DNA of 32,000 bases from Candidatus Arthromitus sp. SFB-rat-Yit. GTDB lineage: Bacteria > Bacillota > Clostridia > Clostridiales > Clostridiaceae. Position 1 is the first letter of the stretch; each line of letters opens with the position of its first letter. The notes under the pieces are model-generated. The model ran no database searches. It saw only the letters and a program-made list of their open reading frames with translations, and had not been told where the DNA came from. The stretch lies in assembly GCF_000283555.1 (NCBI RefSeq), contig NC_016012.1:1110001-1142000 (forward strand). Direction: 5' to 3'. A program made the position numbers and the translations under genes. Shown here one piece after another: positions 20,510 through 28,111 of this stretch.

Positions 20510-21452
20510 TTCTCCTTAACACTATACAAAGAAATACTACACTCCCAATCACACCTACAGTAACTCCTATTGGCAATTCATACGGATAAATAATAACTCG
20601 TCCAATTACGTCACATACAAGTATAAAAATAGAACCAACAAGTGCGATGTCCAAAAGGCTTTTATTAACATTATCTCCTTTATACATGGCAACCAAATTC
20701 GGTACAATAAGACCAATAAAAGGTATACTCCCAGCAGTAACAACAACTATAACAGTTGCTAATGCAACTATAGTAACACCTATATTAACAATTTTGTCAT
20801 AGTTAAGCCCCAAATTTGTTGCAAAATCTTTTCCCATTCCTACAACAGTAAACATATTTGCATAAACTATAGTAATTATAACAAGCGGAATACTTAAATA
20901 TAAAAGTTCATAATTTCCTTTCAATATCATTGAAAAATTACCTTGTAGCCAAGAACTGACACTCTGTAGCAAATCAAATTTATAACCTAAGAAAGTGGTC
21001 ACAGATCCAATAATATTTCCAAAAATAATTCCAACTAGTGGCACAAATACAATATTTTTTATCTTTAAGTTTCTTAAAAATATTATGAATATAAATGTTC
21101 CAATCAAGGCAAATATAAAAGATATAATTGTTTTTTGCATTATACTTGCACTTGGAAATATAATTATGGCTACCATTATGCCCAATTGTGCCGAATCAAT
21201 AGTTGCCCCAGTCGTTGGTGATACAAATTTATTTTGACTAATCTGTTGCATGATAAGTCCACATACACTCATAACAACTCCTGCTATCAAAATGCTTATG
21301 AGCCTTGGCAGTCTGCTTATCAAAAAAATCCTAATACTATCAATGTCCCCTTTCAAAATTTCTGATAACGTTATATTCTTAGCCCCTAAAAATAACGATG
21401 TCAAAGATAGAACAATTAAAATCAGTATTAAGATTAAATATCTCTTCTTCAT
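20493..21452 (-). CDS. yclN: Siderophore ABC transporter permease (YclN-like, FecCD family)
   Basis: RLPRLISILIAGVVMSVCGLIMQQISQNKFVSPTTGATIDSAQLG, GSIPFIGLIVPNLV. Confidence 0.88.
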   Translation of the reverse strand: MKKRYLILILILIVLSLTSLFLGAKNITLSEILKGDIDSIRIFLISRLPRLISILIAGVVMSVCGLIMQQISQNKFVSPTTGATIDSAQLGIMVAIIIFPSASIMQKTIISFIFALIGTFIFIIFLRNLKIKNIVFVPLVGIIFGNIIGSVTTFLGYKFDLLQSVSSWLQGNFSMILKGNYELLYLSIPLVIITIVYANMFTVVGMGKDFATNLGLNYDKIVNIGVTIVALATVIVVVTAGSIPFIGLIVPNLVAMYKGDNVNKSLLDIALVGSIFILVCDVIGRVIIYPYELPIGVTVGVIGSVVFLCIVLRRNGRGK

Positions 21453-21505
21453 TCTAATTTTCCCACACCTAACTAACTTGACTTACTTTATAAACACGAG
21501 TAAAA

Positions 21506-21531
21506 TGATATTTGTTATCATTAATGATAAT
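21506..21531. promoter_or_regulatory. Overlapping Fur-box-like operator in the divergent promoter region
   Basis: TGATATTTGTTATCA (21506-21520) matches the 7-1-7 Fur box TGATAATnATTATCA at 12 of 14 defined positions. It overlaps the perfect 16-bp palindrome TTATCATTAATGATAA (21515-21530). Both flanking operons are siderophore uptake systems. Confidence 0.75.
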
Positions 21532-21613
21532 TCAATTATAATATTTAAAATTAAACTTGTCTACATTTTAATGATACTTAATATTACTTTCTATTTAAAA
21601 GGAGATATAATAA

Positions 21614-22573
21614 ATGAAAATTTTTTCAATTTTCAAAACTGCACTAATATGTATCTTAGCTGTAGTTATTGTTGGATGTACATCATCAAACAAAAATGCT
21701 AATAGTGATAATTCTTCAAATAATACATCTGTGGAAATGATAACCGTTAAAGACTCAATTGGAGATGTACAAATACCTAAAAATCCTATGCGTATTGTAG
21801 ATTTAAGTGGTAACAGCGATATACTAAGCATTCTTGGTTACTCTGTTGTAGGTACTGCAAATTCTGATGCTTATGACTACACTAAATTCCCATCATATTT
21901 GGAAGAAACTCTAAAAGGAGCTAAAATTTTAGGATATAGTTTGCAGGATACTGTAGATATTGAAGGTATTTTGAATCTTAATCCTGATTTAATTATAATT
22001 TCAAAAACGCAAGAAAAGATGTATGACCAATTGAAAAGTATAGCTCCGACGATAATGATAGAACTTGAACAAATAGATTGGAAAAAAGATATACTTAAAA
22101 TTGCATCCATATTAAATAAAGAAGATATTGCAAACAAATGGCTTGAAGATTATAAATCAAATGCCATACAAAAAGGAAATGAAATAAAAGAAAAATACGG
22201 AAATAACTCAACTTATCTCTCAATACTTGCAAGTGGTGGACAAATATTTGTATTCGACTCTGCTGGAATCGGCGGAATATTGTACGAAGATATGAAATTA
22301 AATAAACCTGCTAATCTTCCTGTTCAAAACAACATAAGTCTTCCTGTTATAAACTACGAGGGATTGCTTGAGATAAATTCAGATTATTTAATTCTAATAG
22401 GAACTGATGAAGATATAAATTCACTAAAACAAAGTCCTATTTACAAAAATTTAAATGCAGTTAAAAATAATAAAGTTATAGAATTACCATCAAGCCCATA
22501 CTTCAATATGGTTTATAGTTCTATTGGTAAAAATTTATTTGTAAATCAATTTGTTACTTTATTGGGGAATTAA
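21614..22573 (+). CDS. Iron-siderophore ABC transporter substrate-binding lipoprotein
   Basis: Lipobox VVGC, ITVKDSIGDVQIPKNPMRIVDLSGNSDILSILGY, LNLNPDLIIISK. Preceded by AAAAGGAG. Confidence 0.9.
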   Translation: MKIFSIFKTALICILAVVIVGCTSSNKNANSDNSSNNTSVEMITVKDSIGDVQIPKNPMRIVDLSGNSDILSILGYSVVGTANSDAYDYTKFPSYLEETLKGAKILGYSLQDTVDIEGILNLNPDLIIISKTQEKMYDQLKSIAPTIMIELEQIDWKKDILKIASILNKEDIANKWLEDYKSNAIQKGNEIKEKYGNNSTYLSILASGGQIFVFDSAGIGGILYEDMKLNKPANLPVQNNISLPVINYEGLLEINSDYLILIGTDEDINSLKQSPIYKNLNAVKNNKVIELPSSPYFNMVYSSIGKNLFVNQFVTLLGN

Positions 22574-22575
22574 CT

Positions 22576-23559
22576 ATGAAAATTAATAAGAAATTAATTT
22601 CAATTATTGGATTTGTTTTACTAATTATAGGAGTATTAGCTTCAATTAACATTGGAGCTAAATATATTCCTATTAAAGAAGTGTTTAATTCTATATTTTT
22701 TTATGATGGATCTGTAGAAGCTCATCTTATACGAGATGTTAGATTACCTAGAGTTATTTCAGCATTATTAAATGGTGGAATTCTTGCAGTATGTGGAGCA
22801 ATGATTCAAGGAGTTATGCGTAATCCTTTAGCTGACCCTTCTGTAATTGGTATAACTCAAGGAGCTACTTTAGCCATATCCCTATCTACACTTTTTCCAA
22901 TAGGTCTTGGAATCTATGGAAATTTTTTTATGGCACTTATAGGTTCTGCGTTTAGTGGTATAATAATTTTGATAATTATGAAGAATTCTTCATTAAACCA
23001 TAACATATCTAAAGTACTTCTTGCTAGCACTGCAATGAGTACACTTTTCATATCTATTGCATCAATAATTGCTCTAATTAAAAATAGATCTCAAGAATTG
23101 GCATTTTGGATTTCTGGAAGTTTTAATCAAAATGGGTGGGTTCAAGTTATTTCACTAATAATAATAGGATCTATATTTTGTTTTATATCTTTCTTGATGA
23201 TCGATAATCTTAATGTTTTAAATTTAGGAGATGAAAATGCAATAAGTCTTGGTGTTTCTCCATCTAAAATGCGTATAAAAATTATTTCTATAATAATTCC
23301 CCTTTGCTCAATTTGTGTTTCAACAGCTGGAAATATTAGTTTCGTTGGACTTCTTGTTCCTCACATAATTAGAAAATTAGTTGGTACGAACTACAAAGAT
23401 ATACTCCCTCTTTCATTTTTATTTGGAAGTGTTCTGCTTATCTTTAGTGATATAATAGCAAGAACAGTTTTATCTCCATATGAACTTCCTGTTGGCATAT
23501 TTACATCTTTTATTGGGATTCCAATATTTTTATTATTAATTAGAAAGGAGAAGGTATAA
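22576..23559 (+). CDS. Iron-siderophore ABC transporter permease (FecCD family)
   Basis: RDVRLPRVISALLNGGILAVCGAMIQGVMRNPLADPSVIGITQGA, GNISFVGLLVPHIIRKLVG. Confidence 0.93.
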   Translation: MKINKKLISIIGFVLLIIGVLASINIGAKYIPIKEVFNSIFFYDGSVEAHLIRDVRLPRVISALLNGGILAVCGAMIQGVMRNPLADPSVIGITQGATLAISLSTLFPIGLGIYGNFFMALIGSAFSGIIILIIMKNSSLNHNISKVLLASTAMSTLFISIASIIALIKNRSQELAFWISGSFNQNGWVQVISLIIIGSIFCFISFLMIDNLNVLNLGDENAISLGVSPSKMRIKIISIIIPLCSICVSTAGNISFVGLLVPHIIRKLVGTNYKDILPLSFLFGSVLLIFSDIIARTVLSPYELPVGIFTSFIGIPIFLLLIRKEKV

Positions 23560-24570
23560 ATGAAGAAGAGCTCATTATTTTTTTTAATCTCATCAATAAT
23601 ACTTATCTTATCTATTCTCCTTTATTTAAATCTTGGAAGTTTCAAAATTACCATAACTGACATATTTAAAACTTTTTTAGGTCAAGGAACAAGCTCACAA
23701 AACTTTGCAATATTTAATTTGAGATTACCAAGAGTTATACTAGCTATTATCGTTGCCTTTTCTTTAAGTATATCTGGCGTAATATTTCAAACAACAACAA
23801 AAAATCCTTTAGCAGAACCTGGTATAATAGGAATAAATTCTGGAGCTGCACTATTTGTTATTTTATTGATTTCATCTAACACAACTTCATACTACTCAAA
23901 ATTACCAATATCAACTATCCTATTAATACCACTTGTTGCAATAACAGGTGCAATGTTTTCAATGATTCTGATTTATGTATTTGCATATAAAAAACAATTT
24001 AAACCAATAAAATTTATTTTAACTGGAATTGCAATAAATACAGGATTTTCTGCAATAATTTCATTTTATCAACTTAGCGTTTCAAAAGGAGATTATAATC
24101 AGGTTTTAACTTGGATTTGCGGAAGTCTTTGGGGAAGCAATTGGAACTATATAATATTAACACTTCCATTTATTTTAATTTTAACAATCATCGCACTGAT
24201 TAAAGGTAAAACGCTTGATATATTAACTCTTGGCGATGAACTATCTTATGGAGTTGGTGTAAATGTTAAAAAAGAAATGGCATTGTTCATATTTATTGCA
24301 TCACTTCTTGCTGCTATCGCAACATCAGTTGCAGGAAATATTGCTTTCTTAGGATTTATAGCACCCCATATATCAAAAAGTATAATCGGATATTCTCACC
24401 GAAAAATAATTTTGCTATCTGGAATAATAGGATCAATAATTTTGGTTTTGTCCGATGCCCTAGCCAAAAATTTATTTTCCCCAATTGAAATTCCCGTTGG
24501 AATAATTGTGTCTATTTTATCTGTTCCATATTTTATATTCTTAATTATAAAAGATAGGAGGTTTAAATAA
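23560..24570 (+). CDS. Iron-siderophore ABC transporter permease (FecCD family)
   Basis: NLRLPRVILAIIVAFSLSISGVIFQTTTKNPLAEPGIIGINSGAAL, GNIAFLGFIAPHISK. Confidence 0.93.
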   Translation: MKKSSLFFLISSIILILSILLYLNLGSFKITITDIFKTFLGQGTSSQNFAIFNLRLPRVILAIIVAFSLSISGVIFQTTTKNPLAEPGIIGINSGAALFVILLISSNTTSYYSKLPISTILLIPLVAITGAMFSMILIYVFAYKKQFKPIKFILTGIAINTGFSAIISFYQLSVSKGDYNQVLTWICGSLWGSNWNYIILTLPFILILTIIALIKGKTLDILTLGDELSYGVGVNVKKEMALFIFIASLLAAIATSVAGNIAFLGFIAPHISKSIIGYSHRKIILLSGIIGSIILVLSDALAKNLFSPIEIPVGIIVSILSVPYFIFLIIKDRRFK

Positions 24571-25358
24571 TGGGAATAAAAACTCAAAATCTTCAAATCA
24601 ATTATGATGAAAAAATTATAATTCCTTCTTTAAATCTTGAAATACCTGAAAATAAAGTAACTATATTAATCGGTCCAAATGGATGTGGTAAATCTACACT
24701 CTTAAAATCGATTATGAGAATCATACCAATAAAAAATGGAAAGATTTTTCTAAATGATAAAGATATGAAATCTTTATCGCAAAAAGAAATTGCTAATAAA
24801 ATTTCCATACTGCCACAAACTCCTATTGTACCTGATGGTATAGATGTTAAAAATTTAATTTCTTATGGTAGATTCCCTCATAAAAAATCACTTTCTGGTT
24901 TAAACAAGGAAGATTATGAAATAATTAATTGGGCAATGGAAAAAACAAATATATTAAATATAAAAGATAGCATAGTTTCAGAATTATCAGGAGGTCAACG
25001 TCAACGTGTTTGGATATCACTCGCATTAGCTCAAAAAACAGATATGATAATATTAGATGAACCAACAACATACTTAGATATGTCACATCAGCTTGAAGTA
25101 CTAGAACTACTTCAAGATCTAAATAGAAAAGATAAAACAACAATAATAATGGTAATTCATGAATTAAATCACGCAACTAAATTTGCCGATAACATTATAG
25201 GTATGAAAAATGGTAATGCTATTTTTCAAGGTAATCCTTCAGATGTAATAACTAGGGAAAATTTAAGATTACTTTATGAAATAGATGCTACTTTGATAAA
25301 AAATGAAGAGAAAGGATATCCAATTTGTGTGGATTACTCGATAATAGATGAGAAATAA
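24570..25358 (+). CDS. Iron-siderophore ABC transporter ATPase (FepC/FhuC-like)
   Basis: IGPNGCGKSTLLKSI, ELSGGQRQRVWISLALAQKTDMIILDEPTTYLD. The start overlaps the upstream stop. Confidence 0.93.
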   Translation: MGIKTQNLQINYDEKIIIPSLNLEIPENKVTILIGPNGCGKSTLLKSIMRIIPIKNGKIFLNDKDMKSLSQKEIANKISILPQTPIVPDGIDVKNLISYGRFPHKKSLSGLNKEDYEIINWAMEKTNILNIKDSIVSELSGGQRQRVWISLALAQKTDMIILDEPTTYLDMSHQLEVLELLQDLNRKDKTTIIMVIHELNHATKFADNIIGMKNGNAIFQGNPSDVITRENLRLLYEIDATLIKNEEKGYPICVDYSIIDEK

Positions 25359-26583
25359 TAGAAATTTTAAACTAATTTTAATAGGGCAAATTATAAGTTT
25401 ATTTGGGAATGCCATACAAAGATTTGCATTATCTCTTTATATATTAGACATAACCGGGAATTCATCTATTTATGCAAATATATTGGCATTATCCATTGTA
25501 CCTTACATAATTTTAGCACCAATTGCAGGTAACATAGCAGATAATTATAACAAAAAATATATGATGATACTCCTTGATATAATAGCAGGAATTCTTATGA
25601 TAATTTGTTTTATACTCTTTATATTTAAACTAGACTCCACGTTTCTTATAGCCATTGTCATGCTTTTATTATCTACTATATCTGTGTGCTACGAACCGGT
25701 TGTAACATCTTCAATACCTCAAACTGTAGATATTGATTATCTTCAAAAGGCAAATAGCTACATAAGTCAATCAGGATCATGGGCAAATATTTTAGGTCCA
25801 ATACTTGGTGGAATTCTCTACGGATTTTTAGGCATAAAACTCATACTCATAATAAATGGATTAAGCTTTCTAATATCTGCTATACTAGAATGCTTTATAA
25901 AATTTCCTAAACATCAAAATACAACATATAAATCATTAAATCCCCTTTCAGCATTTATTCATATGAAAAATACATTAAAAACACTCTCAAAAAATTATAA
26001 AATTATTTTAGGAATCATTTTATCTTATGGATTGTATAACATTTCAATAGTGCCAATAATTTCTGTGTTGTTCCCAACAATAATAAATTTAAATTTTAAT
26101 ATGCCTCCACAAGTATACGGAATATTAGAAAGCATAATAGCAAGTGGTTTACTTATAAGTGGAGTTTTAATAAATCTAAAATCAAATTTATTTAAATTCA
26201 AAACTCATTATAAATGGAATTATCTTATGCCATTATCTATGTTCCTTGTTGGAACCCTTTTAATAATCTCAAATAATATAAATCTATCTATGCTCGGAAT
26301 AACAATAGGCGGATTTATTATTATGTTTTGCCTCGGCATAGGAAACATTATAACTCTTACATACATACAAACTGTTGTACCTAAAAATATATTAGGAAGT
26401 GTAAGTGCATTATCTACTGCTATTGCAACCGCATCAATTCCAATTGGACAAGTATCTTTTGGATACCTTATTCGTGGAAATTTAAATATCGGATTAATTT
26501 TGGTATTATCTTCTATAATAGCCTTTTTTGTATGCAGTTTTGTAAAATTAAATATTAAAAATAATTATTACCTCAAAAAATAG
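25348..26583 (+). CDS. MFS transporter
   Basis: About 12 TM segments; GQIISLFGNAIQRFALSLYILDITGNSS, APIAGNIADNYNKK. The start overlaps the end of the upstream ATPase gene. Confidence 0.88.
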   Translation: MRNNRNFKLILIGQIISLFGNAIQRFALSLYILDITGNSSIYANILALSIVPYIILAPIAGNIADNYNKKYMMILLDIIAGILMIICFILFIFKLDSTFLIAIVMLLLSTISVCYEPVVTSSIPQTVDIDYLQKANSYISQSGSWANILGPILGGILYGFLGIKLILIINGLSFLISAILECFIKFPKHQNTTYKSLNPLSAFIHMKNTLKTLSKNYKIILGIILSYGLYNISIVPIISVLFPTIINLNFNMPPQVYGILESIIASGLLISGVLINLKSNLFKFKTHYKWNYLMPLSMFLVGTLLIISNNINLSMLGITIGGFIIMFCLGIGNIITLTYIQTVVPKNILGSVSALSTAIATASIPIGQVSFGYLIRGNLNIGLILVLSSIIAFFVCSFVKLNIKNNYYLKK

Positions 26584-26619
26584 AAGGAAAGAGCCTTCAA
26601 ATCTGATTGCTCTTTCCTT
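26584..26619. terminator. Bidirectional rho-independent terminator between convergent genes
   Basis: 11-bp stem AAGGAAAGAGC (26584-26594) / GCTCTTTCCTT (26609-26619), T-run on the plus strand and a T-rich tract on the minus strand. Confidence 0.8.
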
Positions 26620-27301
26620 TTTTAATTTTCCTTGCAATATAAACAAACGGCGTATCCATCACAGAAGTAATTACAAAAATTATATAACTTGATAAAATCA
26701 TAGAAACAATTACATTAACATCATACACTCCACCAAAAGCAAACAATGTAAAAAGAACCGTATTAAAAATTTGACTTATAAGAGTAGATCCATTATTTCT
26801 AACCCATAAAAATTTATCTTTATTTCCGATTTTTTTTGACGTAAAATCCCACCATTTATGATATAACCAAACATCCACAAACTGACTTATAGCATAAACA
26901 CTTAATGACGAAAAAATCACTCTCGGAACACTCGTAAAAATATTTCTAATAGAATCCATCTTCATATCATTGACACTTGGAGTATAATATATCCAACTCT
27001 GGGATATAACTAGAAAAAATATCATCATAATTATACTAATAAATACAGATTTATTTGCACTCTTCTTGCCTTCACATTCAGATAAAATATCTGTTATTAA
27101 GAAGGTCGATGCAAAAAGTATATTACCAAGGGTTTGTTCCATTCCAAAAGCATCTACAAGAAGTACAACCTCAATATTTGCAAGGATAGTTACAACTCCA
27201 ATCATTACATAGAGTCCACTTTTCCCAAAATATCTATATGTAATAAGAACCATTCCATATATAAAAAATAATGATATAATAAGTAGAATTTCATTCATCA
27301 T
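26597..27301 (-). CDS. yhhQ: YhhQ/YpdP-family queuosine precursor transporter
   Basis: ANIEVVLLVDAFGMEQTLGNILFASTFLITDILSECEGKKSANKSV, YAISQFVDVWLYHKW, WVRNNGSTLISQIFNTVLF. All are typical of the family. Confidence 0.88.
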   Translation of the reverse strand: MMNEILLIISLFFIYGMVLITYRYFGKSGLYVMIGVVTILANIEVVLLVDAFGMEQTLGNILFASTFLITDILSECEGKKSANKSVFISIIMMIFFLVISQSWIYYTPSVNDMKMDSIRNIFTSVPRVIFSSLSVYAISQFVDVWLYHKWWDFTSKKIGNKDKFLWVRNNGSTLISQIFNTVLFTLFAFGGVYDVNVIVSMILSSYIIFVITSVMDTPFVYIARKIKKGKSNQI

Positions 27302-27996
27302 TAATCACCTACCCCAAATCCAGTATTATTAATCAGAATATCTAATCTATAATCTTCTTTATATTTTGGATAGATTTTTTCCATAAATTTCTCTATAACC
27401 TCTTTATCTGGAGTAATTGTTGAACTATTTTTACACATTATATTTACACAAATTCTTTCAAAATTTTCAAGACCCAATTCTATATCGTTCATCATACTAT
27501 TTATGGTTTGTCCACTTATACCAAAAAGAAAATTTGCTTCATCAAAATATTCTGATATGATTTTAGGATCCTTATCATGTATTCCCTTATTAAAAATATT
27601 TTCCCTAAAATCATAATCAAACGTTTCGAGTCCAAGTTTCATTTTTAAATTAAATTCAGAAAACTCTTCCTTGAGTTTTGGAATTCTTTTTCTATAAATA
27701 TAATGGCTTTCAAAATGAATAGTTGAAATTCCTTTTTCATTACACACGCTCTTAATAAGATCTATCGTTTTTTTATCAAGTTCAAATACTGATCCAGAAT
27801 TAATAACTTCCAATGCATCATACTCTCCAGTAACATTATCAATTACTGACTTATTTAATAAAAAATTTTCGTGAAAATCATTAGACATATCCAAATAATA
27901 ATCACAAAATGTGCATTTCTTATAAATACAACCTGATCCTCGAAGAAGAACTATTTCCCTCTTATTCTTTTCACTAATAACACTATATCTTTTCAT
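27301..27996 (-). CDS. Radical SAM-like protein, candidate queuine-salvage enzyme (QueL-like)
   Basis: GSGCIYKKCTFCDYYLD [4Fe-4S]-binding-type cysteine cluster (CX4CX2C). Translationally coupled to the yhhQ-type gene and preceded by a preQ1-I-like aptamer. Confidence 0.65.
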   Translation of the reverse strand: MKRYSVISEKNKREIVLLRGSGCIYKKCTFCDYYLDMSNDFHENFLLNKSVIDNVTGEYDALEVINSGSVFELDKKTIDLIKSVCNEKGISTIHFESHYIYRKRIPKLKEEFSEFNLKMKLGLETFDYDFRENIFNKGIHDKDPKIISEYFDEANFLFGISGQTINSMMNDIELGLENFERICVNIMCKNSSTITPDKEVIEKFMEKIYPKYKEDYRLDILINNTGFGVGD

Positions 27997-28005
27997 ATTT
28001 TTACT

Positions 28006-28026
28006 GTAAAGGACAACACCCTTTAC
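28006..28026 (-). promoter_or_regulatory. Hairpin in the spacer between Shine-Dalgarno and start codon of the radical SAM gene
   Basis: Minus strand GTAAAGG (28026-28020), loop GTGTTGT, CCTTTAC (28012-28006), between AGGAGGG (28034-28028) and ATG (27996-27994). Confidence 0.6.
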
Positions 28027-28050
28027 TCCCTCCTAGTTTTGATTTAGATA

Positions 28051-28087
28051 AAACTTTTTATCCGAGCAGGATAGTTTCGAACTGCTC
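28051..28087 (-). promoter_or_regulatory. PreQ1-I riboswitch candidate aptamer
   Basis: Minus-strand RNA GAGCAG-UUCGAAACUAUC-CUGCUC-GGAUAAAA-AGUUU. P1 is 6 bp (28087-28082 / 28069-28064). The pseudoknot helix P2 is AAACU (28077-28073) / AGUUU (28055-28051). A 12-nt inter-strand loop starting UUC and an A-rich tail match the preQ1-I architecture, and it sits upstream of queuosine-precursor genes. Confidence 0.8.
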
Positions 28088-28111
28088 TTTTGAAAATATA
28101 TACAAATTAAT

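Noticed and set aside
28006-28026. Spacer hairpin interpreted as a transcription terminator for the riboswitch
   Set aside because: The 7-bp stem is followed by AGTAAAAAT with no U-run, so it does not fit an intrinsic terminator.
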